A DNA stretch of 64,000 bases from the human T2T-CHM13v2.0 reference genome, Homo sapiens: the NCBI RefSeq assembly GCF_009914755.1, contig NC_060925.1; one strand, 5' to 3'. Numbering within the stretch: position 1 is the stretch's first letter; each line of letters opens with the position of its first letter. Below, piece after piece: positions 1 through 11,606 of this stretch. Both the position numbers and the translations under genes were made by a program. A model generated the notes under the pieces. It had not been told where the DNA came from and searched no databases. It was given only the letters and a program-made list of their open reading frames with translations.

Positions 1-2139
1 TTATTTTCCCGGAGTTCTTTGCTTGCTTGCTTATTTGTTTGTTCTAAGTATGTATGACGGCCTTGTTGCAGAAAAATCTGATACTTTCCTGGGCTTTTAC
101 ATGTTTTCTTTTGTTTTACTGGTATTGCACAAGGAAATTAGAAACCACTGTTAGGAGTGTAACTTAAATGAGAAGAATTAATAACAGGTTTTCTTTCTCA
201 CATAAATTTTGCTTCTATTATAAGAAGTTGGCTAAGTTACAAATTATTTAATGAGAGACATGAATATTAATTATCCAAGTGATACAAAAGTAAATGTACA
301 TTTTGTTAGAACTTTAATTTGTGAATTTAAATTTCATCCCTGACTGGAACTTTAAAAAAATAACAAATTTAATCTCTTTAGCCACACGATGGTAGTGTTG
401 CTTCTCTTGTTAAGACACAAAAATAGATTTCAGATGTCAGTTAAAATTGTAAAAAAATTATATTTCTCCAAGGAGACCTAACAATAAAACATTAGTTTCA
501 TAAAGAAAAAAGACTCCCACACATTTATGTTATTTTTAAAGAGCAGGAAACATCGATGCCAGTGTTTCCTGAGGAGAATTGCCATTTCTTCTTTAGGAAA
601 CAGATCTTTGCTCGTCAGGAACATTGTCATCATCCCTGTTCTAGGGGAATCTTGTTTTGGGCATTGTCTTTCTAATTACTGTCCCTTTTAATTGGGTTGA
701 CCAACATAATTTGTTTCTCTGTAAGTTGATGTAGATATTTATATTGAAGAAAAGAAATTTTAAATGACACTTAGATTGATTGTCTTCCACACAATCTTTC
801 ATAGCAGATTTAGGATTAGAAGTCAACTTGGAATTTGTTTAGTGTGACCCTCTATTTGCATGCAGACATTACTTCTGCATCATCCAGAACAGATGGTCAT
901 CTAGTTTCTCAAGTGTGTCTAAGGATCCCTTCAAAGCAGCTTCTTATAGGACCCCTAGAAAAAGAGCTTGTTTGCTTTTATATTCAGCATAATGTGGAAG
1001 CTATGAAGCTTCTGTTTGCTTGAATTCAAACCATTTCATTTGTCTGGAGGCGACCATCTTGTTGAGAGAATGAGTCATAGGATAAAATTATGAAATGTAG
1101 TTTGTCTGCTGAATACTGTAGTCAGTCACAATCTGTCCCACAGATCAAAAAAATGTTGAAGAAATATAGCAAGCTACATTTTGTACTCTAAGAAATGTGG
1201 GTTTAACAAGTCAGTACTTATTTATTTTCCTCATGACCACCATGGACTTACTGAAATACTTAGACAACTAGGATTTCTAGTTACTTTGTTCCCAGAAGTG
1301 CAGTTTTCCATAATAGTTTTATAATGAATAGGTTTAGTAGAGGGAGGAAATAAAGCTCTTTGCCATTTGTCAAATGGTGTGGTAGTGACTTCAGAAGGCA
1401 GGCTTTTCTTGGCAGGGCCTTGGCTCCATGCTCCACGCAGTTATTTTCTCAGGGGACACTTCTCTTCTCATCCAGTTAAGATGGTAAAAGAGGTTTGTGG
1501 AAAGATTTAGACTGAGCTTACAGGAGTCTGAATATCAGTGTAGTCACCATGGGTCCAGAATACATTCCTAAGCTTTGTAGATTTAGAAATGGCCTCTTAT
1601 CAGTTCAGCTAGAACTGATTATGCTCTGGGGGAACCTACTACAATAACTGGTCTCAGAAGAGAAGTAGATATAAACCTGAATGCTTCCTTATTACATTCC
1701 CCATGGGAAATTTGCCTGGCAGGTAGTCTACACTGGTCATTGCTCAAGCTGTGGCATTTTAGTGGGCATTAAAATGTCAGCTCCTTGAGAAGCACTATTC
1801 CAGGTATGGAGGGGAATAATAACCTCATTGTATATGCTGTTTCTGCAGATGGTTAAGTGCTCCCATTTTATATTCATTTTTGCTGGTTATGATTTCAGAT
1901 AGTGATATTTCTGACTTTGATCCCAAGTTCTTATTTGGGTCCTGAAGCCACCATGACATGACAATTGTATAGACTTTTATGACTGTAAATTTTGTGTTGT
2001 TTAAATCTAGACATTAAATAGCAATCATTTATTTTTCCAATGTATGCCGTTTGTAATGATTTTTTCTCTGTTACTATAGCATTTTTATCAAGAAAGGGAT
2101 GGAAAAAACATTTGAATTTACTATTTTTATTGATTAATT

Positions 2140-3147
2140 TAAAAATTAATAAGTTTTATTTGTATATTTGGATATACAACATGATGTAATAGAATACATA
2201 TATATAGTAGAAAGGTTACTATTGAGAAGCAAATTAACATATCCATCATCTCACATAGTTACCTATTTTTGAGTGTGTGTGACAAGAACAGCTAAAATCT
2301 GCTCATTTTGTCAGGAATCCCAAATACAGTACAATTTATCAATTATAGTCCTCATGTTGTACATCGGCTCTCTACACTTGTTCATCCTATATACCTGCTT
2401 CATTGTAACTTCTAACCTATATCTTCCCATTTCTTCCCCCAACCCCACAATTGCTATTTTAGTCTCCATCTCTGCATATTTGACTTTCTCTTTTTAGGAT
2501 TCCACATATAATTGGGATCATGCAATATTTTCTTTCTGTGTCTGGCATATTTCACTTAGCATAATGTTCTCCAGGCTTATCCATGTTGTGGCAAATGGCA
2601 GAATCTCCTTTTCTAAGGCTTAATAGTATTCCATTTTGTGCAAGTGTATATGTATGTATACATATACCCATGCACATAAACACGCACAAGTACACTCACA
2701 CACACGTACACACACACACCATAGTTTCTTTATCCATTCATCCACTGATAGACACTTAGGTTGTTTCTAATTCTTTACTTCTGTGAATAATGCTGCAATA
2801 AACATGAGAACACAAGATATCTTTATGAGGTGGTGATTTCATTTTCTTTGGGGATATACCCAGAAGAGGGATTGTGAGGTCTTATGGTAGTTCTAGTTGT
2901 AATTCCTTTAGGAATCTGCATAATGTTTTCAATACTAGTTGCACCAATCTATACTCTCACTAATAGTTTACAAGTGTTCCCTTTTCTCCACGCCATTGCC
3001 AACACTTGTTATCACTTGTCTTTTTGATAATAGCTATCCTAATGGGCGTAGTCTTACAATGGTTTTAATTTGCATTTCTCTGATGATTAATGATGTTGAG
3101 ACCTTTTAATATACCTGCTGGTCATTTTTATGTCTTCTTTGAAGAAT
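2140..3147 (-). mobile_element. L1MA-type LINE-1 3' end fragment
   Basis: Antisense L1 3'UTR/ORF2-end motifs: aaattaacatatccatcatctcacatagttac, tttctgtgtctggcatatttcacttagcataatg, tttgcatttctctgatgattaatgatgttgag. Subfamily approximate. Confidence 0.85.
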
Positions 3148-3374
3148 TTCCTAATATTTTTGTTAGACATTCCAGACACTTATTAAATAAGATAAAAGGG
3201 TGAAAAAATGCCATAATGAAAAAAAAAGGAATAGTAATATGAGAAAAAAGTTAGATAATAATGGATTTAGTCTTCAAATGGGAGGCCAAGTAAAGATTCA
3301 CATAACATATATCTACTTTAAAAAAATAAATGTTGACCTTTTTCTACTTGTTGAAGAGTATCTACCTTATAAGT

Positions 3375-3560
3375 ATTTGTTCAGTCCAAAAAATTATTTA
3401 ATGCTTACTAAATACCAAGGACTATGTTAAGCATGAAGGAGAAAATGATAAAAAAGACATAGTCTCTACATCAAGGAGCTCATAACCTAGTGGGGGAGGC
3501 TAACAAGTAAACAGGCAATTCTAATTAAGTAGGATATAATGAAGCTAATATGCTAATGAT
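3375..3560 (-). mobile_element. L2 fragment
   Basis: ttatttaatgcttacta...aagacatagtctctacatcaaggagctcataacctagtggggga resembles the antisense L2 3' region. Confidence 0.6.
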
Positions 3561-3655
3561 GCACAGAAAACTGTATCTGACCCAGCTCTCTATTACATTA
3601 TAAATAACACAGAGTAATTACATTATAGTCAATATGTTTTTATACTTTTCCATGG

Positions 3656-4026
3656 TGCTGTGGTTTGAATATTGTCCTCAAAAGTTCCTGTATCACAAAC
3701 TAAATAGTCATTGGAATACTATTAAGAGGCAAAGTCTTTAAGAGGCGACTGGGCTATGAAAGCTCCACCCTCTTGCTGGGTTTAATGGTGTTACTGAGGG
3801 AGTAGGTTTGTTATCTCAAGAGTTCAGCCACCTTTTTCTCTCTGTCTCACATGTTCACTTTCCCTTCTGCCATGGAATAATGCAGCAAGAAGGCCATCAT
3901 CAGATGCCAGCACCATGCACTTGAACTTCCAAGCCTCAAGAACAATGAGCCAAATGGATCTATTTTCTTTATAAATCACCCAATTTGTAGTATTCCATTA
4001 TAGCTGCAGAAAATGCATTAAGGTAC
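3656..4026 (+). mobile_element. MaLR solo LTR (MST-type)
   Basis: Starts tgctgtggtttgaat, contains gatgccagcaccatgcacttgaacttcc, ends gcagaaaatgcattaaggtaca; about 370 bp. Confidence 0.85.
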
Positions 4027-4729
4027 ACAATCTTCCTTTAGTTTAAAAGATTTAAGATAAAGATAAGATGGACTTATTTTATGTATTAGCATATTGCTGT
4101 ACTAAAGCTCTTGATTATGGAAATGATGGTCTCCAATATGTGATTATTTTTTTAACCATGAGTATGAAGATGTGACAATATTCACTCAAATTTACAATAG
4201 CTTTCCCAAACCACCCCAAGTTAAGCACACATTTTATGTAAAAACAGCACACTTGGAATGCAGGCACAGCTTCTGGCAAGTATTTTAGAACCTACCCTGT
4301 GCCCACCACACAAGCACACCTCATGCAACCAGTGTGCTGCTCCAAAACTTCCCCTATATAGAAGTTAAGAGTCTTCCACTCTTTGGAAGCCTATTTATAA
4401 TACGAAGCAGAAATCACTGTAGCAAAAGTAGAATATATAGTATTTCTATATGATATATAAGGTTATTGTCCAAGATGTTAGAGTCATATTTATAATGTTA
4501 CTCATTTAAGTTGCACTATTTTATTATTCTTAATATGAGCAAACAGAACATACTATAATGCATCTTTCAAAACTTTAGAGAACAAAACTACTGGGTCACT
4601 ATGGGACATCCTGCAGTGAACTGCAGAGAATCTGTGTTCTAAGTCCTTTTCAAGCACTGTAGCCTTGAACTAGTTAAATCCTATCAGTCACTTTACCAAG
4701 AGAAGTAGTATTTAATAAAATTTAATCTA

Positions 4730-5050
4730 CACATTCATCTAGCCATCAATCAACACAAATGGCATTTGTTGAGCTCCTAGTATGTTTTGGATGCTGTTTT
4801 AGACATTCGGGTTCCATAATGAATAACAGGTTATCCCTATCTCCAGGGAGTGTATTTATGCCATATTATAGGAGGAAGACTTATTTATGATTCACTATGG
4901 GATAAGCATTATAATGATTTCTTAACATAGTGCCACAGAGACACTAGAGAAGAAAGATAAATTCTGTCTTTAAAGGCAGAAAAAGTCTTTAGAGAGGAGG
5001 TCACATTTGCACAGATTTGTGGAGAATGTGTAGGAATTTTCTAAGTGGCT
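4730..5050 (-). mobile_element. L2 fragment
   Basis: cattcatc...atttgttgagctcctagtatg...gaggaggtcacatttg matches the antisense L2 3' end pattern. Confidence 0.55.
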
Positions 5051-5180
5051 ATAGTAAAGAGAAAATATTATGATATAAAGTATATATAATTCATCTATTC
5101 TATATGTTTTAAGTTCTGTCTTTTAAGAGATTAGATGACAAGGAAACTCTATGCTTAGTTGTTTTCTGGTCCTCTTGTTT

Positions 5181-8100
5181 TCAAGATGGCTGTCTAGGAA
5201 CATTGAAAACCAGTTCTCCTCAGAAAGAAGATCAAAGTTACTGGTGAATGGACAAATTCTGAGTGGTAAAATGAGGGAAGTGAGCCAGGACCTATCAGAG
5301 TGTTCACGGGAAGATGCTATGGTACAGGAAAGGAAAGCAGCGAGGGTCTGGCCAAGATCGATCCCTGTGGAGCTTGAAGCCCTGAGAAAAGGGTGGGTGG
5401 GAAGGCTTCTTTGCTCCCCTTACCCCTCACAATCTCCTAACAGCCAAACTACTGGGGAGACCCTCTGCTCTCAAGGCCAAGGGTGACACTAGCAGTGGTG
5501 ATTTGAGAACTACCTGGGGATAGAGACCCAAGTGGCTAGCCTAAACAGTTGTGCCCACACTGCCCTCAGACCTGAGCTGAGATGGTGGGGCACCATACTT
5601 GTCATGCACCCATAGTGGAACACTGTCCTGTCCAGGGAGTCTCCACCCTTGAGATGCTGCTCCACTAAATCCCCTGCAAACATACCCCACAACCTGCTCT
5701 GACTTTGGCAAGCACAGGAGACTGGTTCTGGGGAGCTGTGGGATCCCTGGAGATCTAACCCTTGGCATAGGTTGACCCTAAGGGACAAGGGAATACAGCA
5801 CCAAAGCCTCCTCTTGGGACAAAGGAAATGTAGTCTGGCACTAACTGCTGAAAGAGACAGCACCGATGCCTGGGAATGAATGTGGAGAGGGGGGTCATCT
5901 GGACGGATGAGGAGTGGGTGCAACTCTCCTGCCCACTATCCTGAGATATCAGTGCACTTCAAAATCTCTTCTTGCCACTCCTGTGTCCAGGAGGGTGCTT
6001 CTGGTGGACACCAGTCTACTTGCCAGCTCTTAAACACCATCTGCTGTACTGCAGCCTGAGCTGTACTACCAAAAAAAAAAAAAAAAATCTGCTATGAGAA
6101 GGGCTCAGTGCTAGTCCATGAGATAAGCCCCCTGGTACTTCCACACCCTCAGCCCTACAGGAAATAGGATATCAGCTGTTACAGCCAATACCTTACTACA
6201 ACAAGCAGCAACTGAGAAAACCACTACACAGAAGCTATTCACAACCAAGGAACCTATATAGAACTTTGGCTCCCTGAAAGCACCCAGAAATAAAACCAAA
6301 TGATCATATACCATGTACACTACAGTCATATCTTTAAGAGGAATAAAAAAGAATAAAAGTCTCTTCCAAATAATAGCAATTTCAAAAATGAGAAGTGATA
6401 GCTCCCTCAGATGAAAAGAAATCAGTGCAAGAACTCCAGCAGTACAAAAAGCCAGAGTGTTTTGAAACCTCCAAAAGATTGTACTAGTTATCTAGCAATG
6501 GCTCCTAACCAGATTTAAATGACGACAACATGACAGATAATAAACTCAAAATATGGAATGCAAGGAAACTCAAGAGAGCCAAGAGAAAGCTAAAACCCAA
6601 TACAAAAAAATCAGAAAAAGATTCAGGATGTAAAAGATGAGATAGCCATATTAAGAAAAAAAAAACAACTAGAACTGCACAAATTGAATAACCACTAAAG
6701 AAATTTCAAAATAAAGTTGCAAGAGTTAACAATAGACTAGAAGCAGAAGAAAGAATTTCAGAGCTGGAAGGCCAGTCTTTCAAATTAACCCTAGTCAGAC
6801 AAAAATAAAGACAAAATAATCTTGAAAAATAAAGCTTTTGAGAAATATGGGATTATGTAAAGCAATCAAACCTTTGACTTATTGGTATTCCTGAGGGAGA
6901 AAAAGAAAAAGTAAGCAACCTGGAAAACATATTTGAAGGCATTATTAAGGAAAATTCTCCTAATCTTGCTAAGAGGTCAACATCTGGACTTGGGAAATTC
7001 AGAGAAATTCTGCGAGATCCTGTACAAGATGACTATCCCCAAGGCATATAGTCATCAGATTCCCATAGGATCCCTTGGGGGAAAACAGAAAAAACCTTAA
7101 AGGAAGGTAGAGAAAAGGATCAAATTATCTATAGAGGAAAACCCATCCGACTAACAGTGGACCTCTCAGCAGAAATCTTAATGTCACCCCTAAAGGAACT
7201 AGAAAAATAAGAATAAGCTAAATCCAAAGAAATAATGAAGCTAAGTCCAACAGAAATAATGAAGCTCAGAGCAGTACTAAATGAAACTGAGACCATAAAA
7301 ACACATGAAGGATCAATGAAATGAAATGTTGGTCTTGGAAAGGATAAACAAAATGGACAGACTGCTAGCTAGATTAACCAAGAAAAAAAGAGAAAATCCA
7401 AATAGGCACAATCAGAAGTAACAAAGGTGACATTACAACAGAAATACAAAATATCCTCAGAAACCCTATGAACATCTCCATGAACACAAAGTAGAAAATC
7501 TAGAGGAAATGAAAACACACAATCCCCCAAAATTGAACTAGGAAGAAATTGAAATCCTTAACAGACCAATAATGAGTTATGAAATTGAATCAGTAATAAA
7601 ATCTAGTAACCAAAAAAGCACTGAACCAGATGGATCTATAGCCAAATTATACCAAATGTACAAAAAACAGTTGGTACCAATTTTATTAAAAACATGCTAA
7701 AAAATCAAAGAGGAGGAATTCCTCCCTAACTCATTCTGAGAAACCCAGTATCATCCTGATCCAAAACCCAGCAAGAACAAAAAAGAAAACTACAGGCCAA
7801 TGCACTTGATGAACATAGATGTAAAAATCCTCAACAAAATACAAATGAACTGAATTCAACAGAACATCAGAAAGAGAACACACCACAATCAAATGGATTT
7901 TATTGTTGCAATGCAAGGATGGTCCAACATATACAAATCAATAAGTGTTTCACCACATAAAAAGACTTAAAAACAAAAACCATATGATTATCTCGATAGA
8001 TGCATAAAAGACATTTGCTAAAATACAACACTCCTTTATGATAAAAACCTTCAACCACTAGGCATCTAAGGAACATACCTTGAAATAATAAGAACCATCT

Positions 8101-10333
8101 ATGACAAACCCTTAGCCAACATAAATCTGAATGGACCAAAGATGAAAGCATTTCCTCTCAGAGCTAGAACAGGACAAGAATGTCCACTGTCACCACTCCT
8201 ATTCAACATAATAGTGGAAGTCTTAGAGCATATCAGGCAAGAGAAAGAGATAAAAGACATCCAAATAGAAAAAGAAGTCAAATTGTCTTTGTTCACCAAT
8301 TACATGATCCTATACCTAGAAAACCCTAAAAATTTCTCCCCCAAACTCCTATACCTGATGAACAACTTCAGCAAAGTTTCAAGACACAAAATCAATGTAC
8401 AAATTATTGTATGTTTATCAAATTAACAATGTTCAAGTTAAGAAGCAAATCAAGAACTCAATCCCATTTACAATAGCCACAAAAAAAATCTAGGAATACA
8501 TTTAACAAAGTAGGTGAAATATCTCTACAAAAGAACTACAAAATACTGATGAAAGAAATCATGAATTACACACAAAAAATGTTGAAGCATTCCATGCTCA
8601 TGGATTGGAAGAATCAATCTTGTTAAAATGACCATACCACCAAAAGCAATCTACAGATTCAAAGCAATTCCTGTCAAATTACCAACATCATTTTTCATAG
8701 ACTTAGAAAAAACAATTCTAAAACTCATATGGAAACAAAAGAGAGCCCAAATAGCCAAAGAAATCCCAAGCAAAAAGAACAAAGTGAGAGGCAACACATT
8801 ACCCCACTTCAAACTATAGTTGTAGTAACTATAGTTGACAACTGTAGTTGACAAAGCAGCATGTTTGTGGTACAAAAATTGACATAAGGATCAATGGAAC
8901 AGAATTGAAAGCCAAAACATAAAGCCACACACTTACAACCAACTGATCTTTGACAAAGTCAAGAAAAACTAAAACTGGCACAAGGTCACCCTATTCAATA
9001 AATGGTGCTAGGAAAAAAGCCTGGCCACTTGCAGAAGAAAAACACTGGACCCCTACCCTCTCATCATATACAAAAATTAACTCAAGATGGATTAAAGACT
9101 TCAATGTAAGACCTAAAACTATAAAAATCCTGAAGAAAACCTAGAAAAAACTCTTCTGGATACTGGCATAGACAAATAATTTTTGACTAAGACCTCAAAA
9201 GCAATTGCAACAAAAGCAAACATTGACAAATAGGGCTTAATTAAATGAAAGAGCTTCTGTAAAGAAAACAAAATAATCAACAGGTTAAATACAACCTTCA
9301 GAAAGAGTAAATATTTGCAAACTATGTATCTGACAAAGACTAATATCTAGAATATATAAGAATCTTAAACAAATCAACATGAAATAAAACAACCCAATTA
9401 AAAAGTGTGCAAAGGACATGAACAGACACTTCTCAAAAGAAGACATAGAAACAACCAAAAAACATATGAAAAAATGCTCAACATCAATAATTCTCTGTAA
9501 TAATAATCAGAGAAATGCAAAATAAAACCACACTGAAATATCATCTCATATCAGTCAGAATACTTAATATTAAAAAGTCAAAAAACAACAGATGTTGGCA
9601 AGAATGCAGAGAAAAGGGAATACTTATACACTGTTGGTGGAAATATAAATTAGTTCAGCCTCTATGGAAAACAGTATGGAGATACCTCAAAGAACTAAAA
9701 ATAGAACTACCATTCAACCCAGCAATCCCACTACTGGGTATTTATTTACCCAATGGAAAACAAATGGTTTTATAAAAAAGACACCTGCATTTCTACACTT
9801 ATTGCAGCACTACTCACAATAGCAAAGTCATGGAATCAACCTAGATGTCCATGAACAGTGAGTTGGATAAAGAAAATGTGGTAGTTATACACCAAGGAAT
9901 AATGTGCAATCATAAAAAGAATAAAATCATGTTCTTTGCAGCAACATGGATGCAGTTCTAAGCCATTTTCCTGAGTGAATTAACACAAAAACAAAAAATC
10001 AAATACCACATTTTCTCCCTGATATGTGGGAGCTAAACAGTGGGTACATATGGACATAAAGATGGAAACAGTAGGCACTGGGGACATCAATAGTAGGCAG
10101 AGGTGGGCAAGGTTGAAAAACCACCTATTGGGTACCATGTTGACTATTCTGGTGATGAATTCATTAGAAGTCCAAACTCAGAACTTCTAATGAACTCATC
10201 ACCAAAATAGTCAACATGGTACAATGATCATCACCAAAATAGTCAACATAGTACCAAGTAGGTTTTCTCAGCCAATATACCCATGTAACAAACCTGCACA
10301 TATACCCCTTAGTCTAAAATAAAATTTTTAAAA
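5181..10333 (+). mobile_element. L1PB-type LINE-1 with 5'UTR, decayed ORF1/ORF2 and an internal deletion
   Basis: 5' motif tcaagatggctgtctagg; ORF1 remnant from ATG 6411 (MKRNQCKNSS); ORF2 remnants in the ORF track ([29 protein letters not shown]); L1PB-type 3'UTR (ggttgaaaaaccacctattgggtac...caatatacccatgtaacaaacctgcac). Many stops; the RT FADD motif has decayed to FTNY. Confidence 0.92.
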
Positions 10334-10959
10334 ATATGACATCTCTGTGCATAGACTGTGACATCTTATCTTCTTGCAGAATCTTTCATTGTGCTGTTTT
10401 ACTAGTGTGGTCACGAAATTTCATAAGAAATGGCCATATGAAAAATGTGACTGCATTATTATAAAATATTTTTATTGGAATGATGTATTTATTTTTCAAT
10501 ATGTTGTGTTTTGCAAACATTTTCTTCACACGATTAGTAAGTAGTTATTTTTTTCTTGGTAACTGTTCTAATCTTTTTCCATTTTCCTTAATTGAGATAC
10601 AGTTCTACTTCTCTTTTATTTTATTTCACAGATAAAATAGATTCTAACAGGTGTGAAAACTCAAAGTTCCTCTCATGGACCCACTAAGTTTTATTTATCT
10701 TCATTTGTCTTTTACATTATTTAAAGACTGACTTTTCTATAACAGCCTTCTAACAATTCATTTTCTGACTCTTTATTTGGAACGTCCTGTGATCAAATAC
10801 TAACTCTTTTAAAATTGATACCTTTCTAACCACCATATTCTGCCTATGAAGTATGTAAACCTTTTTATTAAAGAATAAAAAAGAAGGATTTCCTTCAAAT
10901 CTGGCTTTCACTGTTTTCTTTTCTTCATTTACTTCCAAACTACTGAAAAAAAGGGTCTA

Positions 10960-11104
10960 TATCTGTGGATCAACTTTCCTCACAACATAAATCCATACTT
11001 CAATTAAGTCTGGCTACTGCCCCTATTGGTGTTTTGGAAGTTCTATCAGTACAAAAACCAATGCTCTTCCAAGAATTAACAAAACCAAAATCTACTTTCA
11101 GTCC
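10960..11104 (+). mobile_element. L2 fragment, continuing at about 11557-11606 and after about 14088
   Basis: Degenerate match to L2 ORF2 (aagtctggctactgcccc...accaatgctcttcc...ttcagtcctt). The L2 register resumes after the MLT1 and L1PA insertions. Confidence 0.45.
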
Positions 11105-11556
11105 TTGGTATTGGTGTGGGTTCTTAGATGTAAGCAATAGAAACTGCCTCTTGCTGAGTTAAACTGAAAAGAAATTTCTGAGAAAGACTTTGAGTAGCTC
11201 ACAGAGCCAAAAAGAATGCTGTGGAACAAGGATTTGATAATGGAGAAGGAACAAAGGAAACTAACAGGACCAATGGCCAAACCACACTTCAGTTAAATGC
11301 TGAGGAACACTGGACCCTTCCACAGTTACTGACTATGAATTCTTAAGTGTCTCTATATGTTTCCAACCTCTGTTGAGACTCAAATTCCTGGGTGGAACAT
11401 CCAATTGCCTGAGTCTGGCCCACTTGTCTTGATGAACCCTGCATGTTCTAGCTTCTGTAGTGGAGACACGGTCCTTTGAACTTCACATGAAGCAGAAATC
11501 CTCCCCCAAATAAAAAAGTCTTTTAAAGATGTTGAGAAGCAAAATACAAATTGTTC
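11105..11556 (-). mobile_element. Old MLT1-family MaLR LTR
   Basis: gggttcttagatgtaagcaatagaaactg...tccaattgcctgagtctggccc...aatcctcccccaaa are typical antisense MLT1 motifs. Confidence 0.55.
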
Positions 11557-11606
11557 CTTCTGTGATCACTCTGTGGCCTTTGGTACCATTATCCAATCCT
11601 TTCTTG

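Noticed and set aside
544-571. 9-bp inverted repeat caggaaaca...tgtttcctg
   Set aside because: Stems this short are expected by chance in 64 kb.
5151-5923. 111-aa and 137-aa ORFs, the latter antisense like L1 ORF0
   Set aside because: They lie in a GC-richer old L1 5'UTR where open frames are expected; no recognisable similarity to ORF0.
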